A stretch of 64,000 bases of DNA, taken from an uncultured Gemmatimonadales bacterium (GTDB taxonomy: Bacteria > Gemmatimonadota > Gemmatimonadetes > Longimicrobiales > RSA9). The notes beneath the pieces are model-generated. The model searched no databases. It saw only the letters and a list, made by a program, of their open reading frames with translations, and had not been told where the DNA came from. The DNA lies in the NCBI GenBank assembly GCA_963798845.1, contig CAWCUS010000006.1, positions 800,001 to 864,000 of the forward strand. Reading direction: 5' to 3'. Each line of letters begins with the position of its first letter. The first letter of the stretch is position 1. Shown here one piece after another: positions 41,867-51,784 of this stretch. The translations under genes and the position numbers were made by a program.

Positions 41867-43102
41867 TCAGCGTCCGAGCAGACTCTCGTAGGCAGGGATC
41901 ATGCTGCTGGCGATCACGTCCCAGTCGTATTGCTGCTCCGCCGTCCGTCGGGCCGCTCGACCCAGGCTGTTCCTGAGATCCGGATCCGACAGAACCGCCA
42001 CCACCGCTTCCGCGAACTCTTCGGGCTCGTCTCGCACGAGGATGTTCTGGCCGTCGCGGGCGTCGAGCCCCTCACATCCGACGGAGGTGCTGACCACGGC
42101 CTTCCCCATGGCCCACGCGTCGAGGATCTTCAGCCGCGTGCCGCCGCCGACACGGAGTGGAACGACATAGCATGCGGCTCGCGCCACATAGGGCTGGATG
42201 GATTCGACATAGCCGGTGAGCTCGATCCCGTGGTCCTCCTGGTATCGTGATCCGACTTCGCTGCCGGCGCGGCCGACCCAGGTCACACGGACCGGCGCAT
42301 GGACAGAGCGGCGGATCCGGGGCAGGATGGCGTGAGCGAAATACTCCATCGCATCGCGGTTGGGGAACCACGTACGCCCGCCCACGAACACGATCCCGTC
42401 GGTTACGCCTTGTTGCGGGCGGAAAGCCGCCGTATCGACTCCGTTCGGCACGACCATGATGGTGGCCGCCGGGGCGATCGCTGCGAGCGTGTCGGCGTCG
42501 TGTCGAGACACCGTGACGTTCAGGTCGATGCGGGGCGCCCAGCGAGCTTCCTCGCTGCGCGTGCGGCGCGCCTGCAGCCGGATGTAGCCGCGCCGCAGGA
42601 CCCCGGTCTCCTGAGCGGACCGGCGGTCGAGCAGCGCCGATTCGACGTTGTGGTGGGTGCATACTGTCGGAATCCCCCGGACTTCGGGCAGGTACGTCGA
42701 AAGGTCGAGGCTATCCACGTGAACGAGATCGAAGTGTTCATCACGCAGCAGCGCGCGCAGACGCCCACGAAACGTCGCCGACTCGTACGCGTCGATGGTG
42801 TACACGCGGCCTGCGAGCCCACTATGGAGATGGTCTGCGATCATGCGCAGTCGCGAATGCTCCTGAGGGATCGGGAACGCCTCGATTCGGCACAGCTTGC
42901 CCAACTCCCGGGCGCTACGCTGAACGTGACCCATGGTCGGGTGCGACGCGCGGCGAAAGAAACAGAGAGCGTGAACGTCGTACTCGCGGGCAAGAAGTCG
43001 GAGAACATTGAACGTCCGGATCTGAACACCCCCGTGAGGTGGATACGGGAGGGTCTGAGCCAGGAACAGCAATCGGGGGCGGCTTCTGTCTCGGTTGCCC
43101 AT
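41867..43102 (-). CDS. GT4 glycosyltransferase (PEP-CTERM-locus type)
   Basis: PYPPHGG.QIR, HNVES, VPNGVD, PN.D, GGGTRLKILDAWAMG. Confidence 0.9.
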   Translation of the reverse strand: MGNRDRSRPRLLFLAQTLPYPPHGGVQIRTFNVLRLLAREYDVHALCFFRRASHPTMGHVQRSARELGKLCRIEAFPIPQEHSRLRMIADHLHSGLAGRVYTIDAYESATFRGRLRALLRDEHFDLVHVDSLDLSTYLPEVRGIPTVCTHHNVESALLDRRSAQETGVLRRGYIRLQARRTRSEEARWAPRIDLNVTVSRHDADTLAAIAPAATIMVVPNGVDTAAFRPQQGVTDGIVFVGGRTWFPNRDAMEYFAHAILPRIRRSVHAPVRVTWVGRAGSEVGSRYQEDHGIELTGYVESIQPYVARAACYVVPLRVGGGTRLKILDAWAMGKAVVSTSVGCEGLDARDGQNILVRDEPEEFAEAVVAVLSDPDLRNSLGRAARRTAEQQYDWDVIASSMIPAYESLLGR

Positions 43103-43251
43103 TCTCTCCTATCCGCGTGACTGGACCCGAACCGTCAATGCTGCGTAAGATACACCTGCCGTACCGGTTGGCACCCAGGCCGGAGTCACGCCACAGGAAT
43201 GCGATCACCGATCACTGGAGCCCGCTGGTTCGCTGCAGGACGTATCCTGCT

Positions 43252-44373
43252 GTGATCGAGCCTCGGACGGTGTTGCACACCTTCGAGCTCGGCGTCATCG
43301 GAGGTCAGCTCAGGGTCGTCGAGGCTCTCGCCACGGCTCAACAGCAAGCCGGCATGTCGCCGGTGGTGCTCACGGTCGTCACCGATCCCGCCCTCGTGTC
43401 GCACCCGGTGACCGAGGGCCTGGCCCGTCACGGAATCGAGGTCCGGCAGGTCCTGCTGGCCCGGACCCGCGCCTACATCGCGGAACGAAGGAGTGTCGTG
43501 CGTCACGCGAGGTCGCTCAAGCCGGATGTCGTACACACCCACGGCTACCGCGCCGACGTGGTCGATGCTCCGGCGGCGAGGCGCGCTGGCTTTCCGGCCG
43601 TGTGCACGCTGCACGGGTTCGTGGATGGCGGCTGGAGAAACCGCCTCTACGAGCGGCTTCAGCGGCGGGTGGCCCGGGGCCTAGACGGCGTGGTCGTGGT
43701 GAGCCAGCCAATGCGCGACCGGTTGCTCGCTTCGGGCGTCTCCCGCGACCGGCTCCACGTGGTCCGCAATGGATGGCTGCCGATGGCATGCCTGCTCGAT
43801 CGCGAAGAGGCCCGGACCCGTCTCGGGGTGGACTCGCGGTATCGAATCGGCTGGGTGGGGCGAGTGAGCCAGGAGAAGGGGCCCGACGTGCTGCTCGAGG
43901 CGCTCCGACGGTTGGATGCAAACACGTTCGTAGCCTCGGTCATCGGCGACGGCCCGCTGCGCGCCGCTCTGGCCGAGGCGAGCGCCTCGTCACGTCTCCC
44001 CGTGCGCTGGCACGGCGTCATCCACGGTGCGGACACTCTCTTCCGGGCCTTCGACGTTTTCGTGCTCAGCTCCCGGACGGAGGGAACGCCCATGGTGCTA
44101 CTGGAGGCGATGCACGCGGGTGTGCCGATCGTCGCAACGAAGGTGGGCGGCGTGCCGGACGTGGTCGGGGAAACGGAGGCGCTGCTCGTGCCGCCGGACG
44201 ATCCGGACGCGCTGGCCGCGGCCATCCGGGCGGTTCGGGACGACCCGGCGGCGGCGCAGGCGAGGGCACGGGCCGCCACAGAAAGGCTGGCGCGCGAGTT
44301 CGGCGCCGGGCAGTGGGTGGAGGCATATCAGAACGTGTATCGGAGCGCGATCGAGCGGAGACGAAGGGCCTGA
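43252..44373 (+). CDS. GT4 glycosyltransferase
   Basis: PDVVHTHGY, GRVSQEKG, SSRTEGTPMVLLEAM. Confidence 0.9.
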   Translation: MIEPRTVLHTFELGVIGGQLRVVEALATAQQQAGMSPVVLTVVTDPALVSHPVTEGLARHGIEVRQVLLARTRAYIAERRSVVRHARSLKPDVVHTHGYRADVVDAPAARRAGFPAVCTLHGFVDGGWRNRLYERLQRRVARGLDGVVVVSQPMRDRLLASGVSRDRLHVVRNGWLPMACLLDREEARTRLGVDSRYRIGWVGRVSQEKGPDVLLEALRRLDANTFVASVIGDGPLRAALAEASASSRLPVRWHGVIHGADTLFRAFDVFVLSSRTEGTPMVLLEAMHAGVPIVATKVGGVPDVVGETEALLVPPDDPDALAAAIRAVRDDPAAAQARARAATERLAREFGAGQWVEAYQNVYRSAIERRRRA

Positions 44374-45562
44374 TGTGGATCGCGTACGCCGTTCTCGCCG
44401 GGGCCGGACTGGCGGCCGTGTACACCTATGTCGGCTATCCATGGCTGGTCAGGATGCTGGCCCTGCTGCGGCCGCGGCCCCGCGGCGAGGCGGAGCCTGC
44501 CATCGGAGGCGGCGAGTGGCCGCTGATCTCCTTCAGCGTGCCCGCATACAATGAAGAGGCCGAGATCGCCGGGGTCATCGAGTCCCTGCTCGCCATCGAC
44601 TACCCGGCGGATCGTCGCCAGATCATCATCGTCTCGGACGCTTCGACCGATCGCACGGACGAGATCGTCCGGAGCTATGCCGATCGCGGCGTGGAGCTGG
44701 TGCGGCAGCCGCAGCGGATGGGCAAGACGGCTGCCGAGGAGCTGGCCGCGGCGCAGGTCCGGGGCGACATCGTCGTGAACACTGACGCTTCCATCCGGAT
44801 CGCGCCGAACGCGATCAGGCCGCTCGTCGCCCGCTTTCGCGATCCGCGCGTCGGCGTCGCATCCGGCCGCGATGTCAGTATTTCCCACGCCGCGCAGGAG
44901 CAGAGTGCCGGTGAGGCGGGGTACGTGGGGTACGAGATGGTGGTGCGGGACGCGGAAACGCGGCTGTACGGGATCGTCGGGGCGTCCGGCTCTCTGTACG
45001 CCATCAGGACCGAGCTGCACCGATGGCCTCTGCGGGCCGACCTCAGCCGCGATTTCGCCGCGGCGCTGCATGCCGAGGAGCAGGGATTCCGGGCGGTGTC
45101 CGTGCCGGAAGCCGTCTGCTACGTCCCCCGCACCGATTCGCTGCAGCGGGAATACCGCAGGAAGGTGCGCACGATCGAGCGAGGAATGCACACGCTCTGG
45201 TACAAGCGCCACCTGCTGAACCCATTGCGGCATCCCGAGTTCGCATGGATGCTCTGGAGCCACAAGCTGGCCCGGTGGGGACTGCCATGGGCGGGCGTCG
45301 CTGCATTCGTGGCTCTGGTCTACCTCGCCTTCGTGCATGCCTGGGCCGCGGTTCTGGCCGCGCTGGGTGCAGGGGCACTGTTCCTGGGTGCGTTGGGATG
45401 GGCATTGGCCGCGAAGGGCCGCTCGATTCCCCGCCCGCTGTCGGTCCTTGCCTACGGACTGATGGGGAACGTGGCCGCAATGCGCGCCCTGTTCAGGCTG
45501 GTGAGCGGTCAGCGCAGCAGGCGGTTTGGGAGCCTACCCGCCGCCGGGCCGGAGCGGAGTGA
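44373..45562 (+). CDS. GT2 glycosyltransferase (CESA/IcaA-like), frameshift near 45510
   Basis: YTYVGYP, VPAYNEE, VSDASTD, TDAS, EYRRKVRT; family-like ending VWEPTRR in the frame stopping at 45562. Confidence 0.85.
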
Positions 45563-46640
45563 CCGGCTCGAGCGGCCGCTTCTTCCGCGCGATCCCGACC
45601 CCGACCATGAACGCGACGAAACCGGCCGTCACCCACGCGCTGTCCGCCGCGGCGACCAGCCAGCCCGGAGCGTTCGAGGGGTAGGCGAGCAGGGCCCACC
45701 CGCGCCACGGTCCCACCCTCCGGCACCGCTCTCCACCGTCGACGGCAAGGCAGAAGCCCCAGGCGCCCGATCGGCGCAGTGTGGCCCGGACCGTGTCACC
45801 GGGACTGGCGGGGGCGAGGGCGCCGGTCCAGCGGAGGGCCGGCTCTTCCAGCCGCAATTTCTCGGCGTTGCGCCGGATCCGGAAGACGATATCGGCGCCA
45901 TCCGCGCCCAGCAGAAGGACCTCCTGCTGACGCTCGTCGTAGATGCTGAACACCGGGGCGAGGCGTCGCGGGGGAGGTCCGGCATCGAAGCGGATCCGGA
46001 TCGGCTCGCCGCGCAGGATCGCCCGGCGAGCGGCTCCGCTGTCGCTCAGGCGACGGGACGGGGCGGGCTGGTCGCCGATCGTCGCCTGCAGGATGCCGCC
46101 TCCGTACACGCCCAGAGAGGGTCCGAGGTCGGCGGTCCACTGCCCGTAGTACGTGGCCTTCTGTGGGGCAGGGAGGAGGAGCCAGGCCGCGGCGCAGGCC
46201 ACGGCGAAGGGTAGTGCGACAAGAGTGACGCCCACTCTGCGCGGGCGCGCCCGGCCCCACGCGCGCAGCGATCGGGCTCGGTCCGTGGCCAGCGCTCCCA
46301 GCGCAGCGCCCGTGGTGTTCCAGACGACATCGCCCAGCGTGGCGTAGCGCCCCGCCAGCCCCAGCTGCGTCGCCTCGATCCCGGTGGACAGGAGGGCACC
46401 CACCAGCACCACCCAGCCCACGCGCCAGCCCGCCAGCACGAGCGCCACGCCGAGCGGTGCGAAGAGGAAGACGTTCAGGATGGCGTCGGCCGTCCCGCGG
46501 GACCCGCAGATCAGGCACGTTCTCGTCAACGCCTCGCCGGGGCCATGCGGGGCGGAGCCGGATCGGAGTGTCAGCACCAGGATGGCCGCCGTGACCGCGG
46601 CGGCGGCGAGGGCGCCCAGGACCCGCCGTGGCGGTGCCAA
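45534..46640 (-). CDS. VanZ-like membrane protein with extracytoplasmic domain
   Basis: DAILNVFLFAPLG, LSTGIEATQ...GR...GDVVWNTTGA. Confidence 0.75.
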   Translation of the reverse strand: MAPPRRVLGALAAAAVTAAILVLTLRSGSAPHGPGEALTRTCLICGSRGTADAILNVFLFAPLGVALVLAGWRVGWVVLVGALLSTGIEATQLGLAGRYATLGDVVWNTTGAALGALATDRARSLRAWGRARPRRVGVTLVALPFAVACAAAWLLLPAPQKATYYGQWTADLGPSLGVYGGGILQATIGDQPAPSRRLSDSGAARRAILRGEPIRIRFDAGPPPRRLAPVFSIYDERQQEVLLLGADGADIVFRIRRNAEKLRLEEPALRWTGALAPASPGDTVRATLRRSGAWGFCLAVDGGERCRRVGPWRGWALLAYPSNAPGWLVAAADSAWVTAGFVAFMVGVGIARKKRPLEPVTPLRPGGG

Positions 46641-46647
46641 TCGTCGC

Positions 46648-47700
46648 CTAGGGCAGGTTCTTCGCCAGGACCGGGCCGAGCCGGTTGGTGAGGCGGAGCG
46701 GGAGCCTCTGCCAGACGCGCGTGGCCAGGCGGAACTTCGCGGAGTCCGCGGAAGGCGTGGCGTTGGTTCCGTCGGGAGACCACTGGGCCCACGGGAGAGG
46801 GACGTCGCGCCCGCCCCACTGGCTCTTGAAGCGGTGGGTTCCGCCCCCGGGGGAGCAGCGCCCGAAGTTGAACGTCCGGACCCCGCGGCGGCTCATTTCC
46901 TCCATCAGGCTCCAGTAGAGGAGCATGTTGGGCGCCAGACTGTTGTACTCCCGCAGCGAGGAAGCCCACGTGATCTCGAACTCGTCGCCGTGGACGAATC
47001 CGGCGCCCGCGGCGACCGCTTCCCCGCGATGGTACACGGCTGCGAAAACGATGTGGTCCTCGAACAGGTGGAGGGCGCGGGTGAAGAAGCTCATCGGGAG
47101 AACGGGCGTGCCCAGGTCGCGCATGTTGCGGCAGTAGATGCCGTAGAACGCGCGGATCTGGTCGAGATTCAGCCGGAACTCCATGCCCTCCTTCATCGGC
47201 CGTCGAACCTGGCTCCGCACCTTGGACTTCAGCGCTTTCCAGAGGATCTCCGGATCGTCCGGAAGATCCAGGAGCACGGTGATCTTCCTCTCGGAGGTGC
47301 GTAGCCCGCCGGGCAGCTCGGTCCGCGAGCGGAGCTCCAGCAGGTCCACCCCCGTGGCCTCGGCGACTTCCCGCGCGTAGCCCACCAGGGCCTCCACGGC
47401 GTCCTCGTCGCCCAGCGGTCCGCCGTAGTTGAGGAAGGGCATGCTCAGCAGGTAATCGCCAAACAACCGGCTGCGGACCCGGACCAGCGGCAGGATCCCC
47501 CTCAGGCGGCCTTCCTTCGTCCGGGCCATCACATAGCGTGCTTCGTGTCCGAAGATCTCCTCGACCACCGGACGCCAGCCGTGCAGGTGGCAGAAGGTTG
47601 ATCCAGGCTGAGCGCGGACGAACGCGTCCCACTCCGGGGCGTCGGAGAAGCTCGCTGCGTCGAGGTAGAGGGTACGGTTCGTCGTCAAGAGCCTGTGCAT
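46648..47700 (-). CDS. FemAB-related (GNAT) protein, PEP-CTERM system-associated; start 47700 or TTG 47688
   Basis: WDAFV, SRLFG, SMPFLNYGG, NMRDLGTP, APNMLLYW, FNFGRC, FKSQWG. Confidence 0.9.
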   Translation of the reverse strand: MHRLLTTNRTLYLDAASFSDAPEWDAFVRAQPGSTFCHLHGWRPVVEEIFGHEARYVMARTKEGRLRGILPLVRVRSRLFGDYLLSMPFLNYGGPLGDEDAVEALVGYAREVAEATGVDLLELRSRTELPGGLRTSERKITVLLDLPDDPEILWKALKSKVRSQVRRPMKEGMEFRLNLDQIRAFYGIYCRNMRDLGTPVLPMSFFTRALHLFEDHIVFAAVYHRGEAVAAGAGFVHGDEFEITWASSLREYNSLAPNMLLYWSLMEEMSRRGVRTFNFGRCSPGGGTHRFKSQWGGRDVPLPWAQWSPDGTNATPSADSAKFRLATRVWQRLPLRLTNRLGPVLAKNLP

Positions 47701-48572
47701 TCGGGGTCGCAATCGTGCACGCGAGCCATCGGTTCGGCCCGCGTGTCGGGCTCGAGTGAGGCGGAGATGGACTGGAACCGGAACTCTTGCAGCAGCGTGC
47801 GAAGGCGAGGCTCCGTCTTCCTGAGGCCGCCGTAGTGGCGGAGGCGCGTCGCCGGGGCCACGGGCAGCCGCGGCTGATCCGGGTCGATCTCCCAGGGATG
47901 GATGTAGAACGTGCCCGCGTGCCCTGCCCGCTCCGCCTGGCGCAGGCCGGACGTCACGAGACGGTACGGCAGGAGGCGGAAGTACGCACCGCCTGCGGCG
48001 GGGAGGACAGCGCCAGCCAGCTGCAGCGTGGTCGGGGGGAACTCGATCAGGGGGCCCGCCGCGCATTCAATCCGGTGGGGGTCGCGACGGCCGCCGGGGT
48101 AGCCGTAGCCGCGCCGCCGGACTGGAAAGAGCGACGAATCGTAACGATAGCCTTCCTCCACCAGGATCTCCAGCGCCCACTCCAGCCCGGGCGTGATGCT
48201 GAAGCTCGGGGCCCTGTACCCCACCACCGGATGTCCCGCGAGCTGCTGCAGCACGTCCCGGCTCCGACGCACGCTTTCTCGGAGCTCCGGCGGCGTCAGC
48301 TCCGTCACACGCCGGTGGGCCTGTCCGTGCGAGGCGATCTCGTGCCCCGCGGTCGCGATCCTGCGGATGAGAGCGGGGTGTCGCTCGCCGATCCAGCCGA
48401 GAACGAAGAACGTACCTGTCGCGTCCGCCGCATCCAGCAGCTCCAACAGCCGATCGACCGAACCCTCTATCCGCGACGGCAGGCGCACCCATGCATCACG
48501 CGACACGTGCGGCTCGAGCGCGCTGACCTGGAAGTACTCTTCGACGTCTATCGTGAAATGATGGCGGATCAC
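47685..48572 (-). CDS. Polysaccharide deacetylase, PEP-CTERM locus subfamily (DUF3473)
   Basis: FTIDVEEYFQVSA, GHEIASHG, YRAPSFSI, GGAYFRL, FYIHPWEIDPDQP. Confidence 0.92.
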   Translation of the reverse strand: MIRHHFTIDVEEYFQVSALEPHVSRDAWVRLPSRIEGSVDRLLELLDAADATGTFFVLGWIGERHPALIRRIATAGHEIASHGQAHRRVTELTPPELRESVRRSRDVLQQLAGHPVVGYRAPSFSITPGLEWALEILVEEGYRYDSSLFPVRRRGYGYPGGRRDPHRIECAAGPLIEFPPTTLQLAGAVLPAAGGAYFRLLPYRLVTSGLRQAERAGHAGTFYIHPWEIDPDQPRLPVAPATRLRHYGGLRKTEPRLRTLLQEFRFQSISASLEPDTRAEPMARVHDCDPECTGS

Positions 48573-48706
48573 CGGGTCTCGGCTTCTTCCCGGCAAGCGG
48601 CCGGTTTCATGGATCGGTTCATCTTCCCCTGGTTCGGGTGCCGGATGAGGTCCTGCGCCGAAGGCGGGGATCGACCCCACGCCTCCAGACGGGTTTCTTC
48701 CGGCCC

Positions 48707-49324
48707 ATGGGAACTCCGAACGGGTCAGATCGTCAAGCCCGGCCGGTGCGCGTGCTCCGTAGCACGGCGCGTGCCTCGCTCGACTTCGTCGATCGCACGC
48801 TCCATACCGTACGACGAACAGCGGCACTGCGCTACCTCCGTCGCCTTCCGCCCGGCACACCGGTGCTGTTCATCTGCCACGGCAACGTTTGCCGCAGCCC
48901 CTTCGCCGAGGCCGCCCTCCGACGCGAAGCTCGGTCCCGCAACATCGACCTCCCGGTGGTCTCCGCCGGGTTCATCGGACCCGGACGACCTTCGCCCCAC
49001 GAAGCGCTCGACGCTGCCCGCGCTCTCGGCCTCGACCTGGCCCCTCATCGATCCCGCCTTCTCGGCGACGTCTCGCTCGACGGCCCCTTGCTGCCGGTTG
49101 TCATGGACACCCGCCAACGACGCGCTATCGCCCGCATCGCGCACCGCCCCGCGCGCGAGATCCTGATCCTCGGGGACCTCGACCCCCGCCCCATCCGGCG
49201 GCGCGCCATCCGCGATCCGTGGGGCGGGCCCAGGGAGGCGTTCGATGAGGTCTATGCCAGGATCGAACGGTGTGTGCGCGAACTCGCCGGTGCGCTCCCC
49301 GTAACCGCATCCCTCCCTTCCTGA
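48707..49324 (+). CDS. wzb: Low-molecular-weight protein-tyrosine phosphatase (Wzb-like)
   Basis: P-loop CHGNVCRSP, SAG, MD, IRDPW. Confidence 0.85.
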   Translation: MGTPNGSDRQARPVRVLRSTARASLDFVDRTLHTVRRTAALRYLRRLPPGTPVLFICHGNVCRSPFAEAALRREARSRNIDLPVVSAGFIGPGRPSPHEALDAARALGLDLAPHRSRLLGDVSLDGPLLPVVMDTRQRRAIARIAHRPAREILILGDLDPRPIRRRAIRDPWGGPREAFDEVYARIERCVRELAGALPVTASLPS

Positions 49325-49380
49325 TCCGCGGTCCAACAGCGGTCGGCTGCCGTGGGAGTGGCGCGGTCGTGCGGCGGCAC

Positions 49381-49510
49381 TGTTGTGTCCACGCATCACA
49401 AGGCGGTCCGCCGGCGCCGTAGCTCCCCCGTCGACAGTTGTTTAAATCGTTATCATACAACTGTTTGCGCCGGTTGACGCGGAAGCGTTGCCATTGGCTT
49501 GAAACCTGCT
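49381..49510 (+). promoter_or_regulatory. Enhancer box + AT-rich IHF-like spacer + sigma-54 promoter of cassette B
   Basis: TGTTG-N8-CATCA 49381-49398; ACAGTTGT...ACAACTGT AT-rich 49434-49464; TGGCTTGAAACCTGCT 49495-49510. Confidence 0.7.
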
Positions 49511-49587
49511 CAATTGGCGGCGCGACCGCTGGTACAGCGGCGCGGCTCACCCGGGGGCGGTCACATCATCAGGAGGACCAGTCACAG

Positions 49588-50100
49588 ATGAGCGGTGTCA
49601 TCCTCCCGGGTGCGGCAGCGGCAGGGCAGAGGCAGGCTTCGGGTCCGGGATCGGCGCGGCAGGTGGTCCCCGTGCTGGTGGCGTTCGGTCTCACGATGGC
49701 CATGGTCGGGCTGATCGACCTGGCGATGGCCTGGTGGCCACCGCACTTCGGGAAGGGGGAGTGGGAGTTCGGGACTGCGAGCCGGACGTTCAACTCCCTG
49801 GCACTGGGCACGACGGGCTTCATCGCCCTGGTTTCGGCCGGGGTGCTCGGGGGATGGACCAGAGGGCTGCGGGCTCTCGCGGTCGTCTCGCTTTTCGGGA
49901 CGCTGTTTCTGCTGGCCGCGTTCGTGTTGTTCGGGCTGAACGTGCCCCTGGCGCTCTCGGCCGTGCCGGCGACGGCGCGGGCGGGGCTGGTTCGAGCGAT
50001 CGTTCGCACGACGTTGTTCGCGGTATTGTATCTGTTGTTCTACGGTTGGCTGAGTTGGTACACCTGGCGCCGGGGAGGCGCCGCGAAAGGAGCCGTATGA
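49588..50100 (+). CDS. 4-TM membrane protein, paralogue B
   Basis: AGGAGG upstream; LIDLAMAWWPPHFGKGEWEFGT...LNVPLAL; ATGA overlap with PEP-CTERM 2. Confidence 0.82.
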   Translation: MSGVILPGAAAAGQRQASGPGSARQVVPVLVAFGLTMAMVGLIDLAMAWWPPHFGKGEWEFGTASRTFNSLALGTTGFIALVSAGVLGGWTRGLRALAVVSLFGTLFLLAAFVLFGLNVPLALSAVPATARAGLVRAIVRTTLFAVLYLLFYGWLSWYTWRRGGAAKGAV

Positions 50101-50825
50101 TGAAAGCAAAGATCGCACTGGCGAGCGCGGTCGCGGGGCTCGCGATCATGCCGTTGGGCGCGAAAGGGGAGACGATCTGCGCGCCCTCGGACCCCGCCGG
50201 GTTCTACGCCTGTGCCAGCGTGATGATCGACTGGGACAACACGGCGAACGCGATCGTGCTGTCGGTCCAGAACCTGGACGCCTACAGCGACCTGGCCATG
50301 AACAATCTGGCCGGCGGGTGGCTGTTGCGCGCGATCGGGATCACCGGGGACCCATCGATCGCGAGCTATCTCACGGGGGACCTTTCGGTCACTTCCGATG
50401 GCGCCACGGAAGTGAACAATCCCGGCTCGCACTGGAGCTTCGACACGAGCCTCAGCGGCAATATCACGGTCGAGGCCGGCGGGGTGACAGACCCTGATCA
50501 CCAGCATGGGTCGGTCGTGGGGTGCGAGTGGACCGGGAGCCCGCTGTCGTACTTCCAGACCTGCGGCGGCGGCAAGGTGCTGTTCACCTTCGGTACCCAG
50601 AATTACACGGAGGAGATGTTCAACAGCACCAACTGGACGTATTCCATGCGCGGAATAGCGGGGCCCAACGGCGTGTCCTTCAAGTGCGGTACGGAGGAGG
50701 ACGGGCGGGACTGCGCACCGTCGGAAACGGTGCCGGAGCCCGCGAGCGTGCTGCTGCTGGGCACGGGGCTGCTAGGATTGGGGCTGGTGGTGCGGCGGCG
50801 GCGGCAGCGGAGCGATGCCGCCTGA
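50097..50825 (+). CDS. PEP-CTERM protein 2 (six Cys)
   Basis: Signal peptide; VPEPASVLLLGTGLLGLGLVVRRRRQR. Confidence 0.92.
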   Translation: MMKAKIALASAVAGLAIMPLGAKGETICAPSDPAGFYACASVMIDWDNTANAIVLSVQNLDAYSDLAMNNLAGGWLLRAIGITGDPSIASYLTGDLSVTSDGATEVNNPGSHWSFDTSLSGNITVEAGGVTDPDHQHGSVVGCEWTGSPLSYFQTCGGGKVLFTFGTQNYTEEMFNSTNWTYSMRGIAGPNGVSFKCGTEEDGRDCAPSETVPEPASVLLLGTGLLGLGLVVRRRRQRSDAA

Positions 50826-50877
50826 CGATGCGCGCGATCGGCTGAAGCGGGCCAGGTAACTTTCGCCAACCGGGCCG

Positions 50878-50912
50878 CCCCCGGAGCTCAACGCTCCGGG
50901 GGTGTGTTTTTT
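50878..50912 (+). terminator. Intrinsic terminator after PEP-CTERM 2
   Basis: CCCCCGGAGC-TCAAC-GCTCCGGGGG then TGTGTTTTTT. Confidence 0.75.
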
Positions 50913-51027
50913 GGACCGTTGTGGCGGCTGTGTTCGCACTGCGCGCTGAGCAGGCGGGGTCGGGTGCCGGGGCGCCCCTGCAATTCGGTCGGTCCGAGAG
51001 GGCATTGGTGCGAACGCACCTCGGTGC

Positions 51028-51161
51028 TGTTGTGCCTCTGCCTCAGTAGGCGGCATGCCGGCGCCCGGCCCGGGCATTGGGAACAGTGGCCCAAAAACGT
51101 TTAACCGCAGTCAATTACTCGGTTTTGACTCTTGCTGGGGCGAAATGGCTTGAAAGGTGCA
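51028..51161 (+). promoter_or_regulatory. Enhancer box + sigma-54 promoter of cassette C
   Basis: TGTTG-N8-CCTCA 51028-51045; TGGCTTGAAAGGTGCA 51146-51161. Confidence 0.7.
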
Positions 51162-51358
51162 GTTTAGACCGACCTAATCGCGAATCGCGAGGTCGGGGAA
51201 TGACCGGCCGGAACCCTCGTCACCCGTATGACTGAACCAGAGACCCTAGCGCAGGGCACGAAGCGGAGTCCGAACCGGCCGCCGGGCCCGCTGGTGTCGA
51301 CGACATTGGGGGTTCCGGGCGGGCCGACGCACTCGCCGCCCCCGAGGCGGCGTGGCGG

Positions 51359-51784
51359 GTGCTGCCGTTGCTGGGGCTTCTGCTGGCGGTGATCGGCCTC
51401 GTGGACGTCGCCCTGTACGCGTATCCGACCGCGTTCAGCTCGCCCGAGTGGGAGTTCGGGACTGCGGCCGCGATGGTCAGCAGTCTCCCGCTTCCGACGA
51501 TCGGGTTTGCCGCGCTGCTGGCGTGGGCGCTGGCGCGAGGGGGTCGGGCGAGTCGGATCGTGCTGGCGCTCTGTCTGCTGCTCGTGGCGCTGGCCGTAGC
51601 GGGCATCTACACCCTGTTCGTTCTCAATGTCCCGCTCGCGTTGAAAGCGGCGAGCGGACCCCAAGGTCCGGTCCTCATCCGTGCCCTGGTCCGAACGACT
51701 GTCATGGCGGTCGGATTCGGCCTGGGCTACCTGGTGTCCGGGATCTCTCTGCTCCGTACCCTATCACCGAGGAAGGGCACATGA
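51359..51784 (+). CDS. 4-TM membrane protein, paralogue C (true start possibly ATG 51228 with an indel near 51235)
   Basis: LVDVALYAYPTAFSSPEWEFGT...LPLPTIG...LNVPLAL; ATGA overlap with PEP-CTERM 3. Confidence 0.8.
   Translation: MLPLLGLLLAVIGLVDVALYAYPTAFSSPEWEFGTAAAMVSSLPLPTIGFAALLAWALARGGRASRIVLALCLLLVALAVAGIYTLFVLNVPLALKAASGPQGPVLIRALVRTTVMAVGFGLGYLVSGISLLRTLSPRKGT

Noticed and set aside
43602..46214. 870-aa ORF suggesting a giant GT2
   Set aside because: The real gene starts at 44373. The extensions overlap a GT4 and the VanZ gene and arise from an open frame plus the frameshift near 45510.
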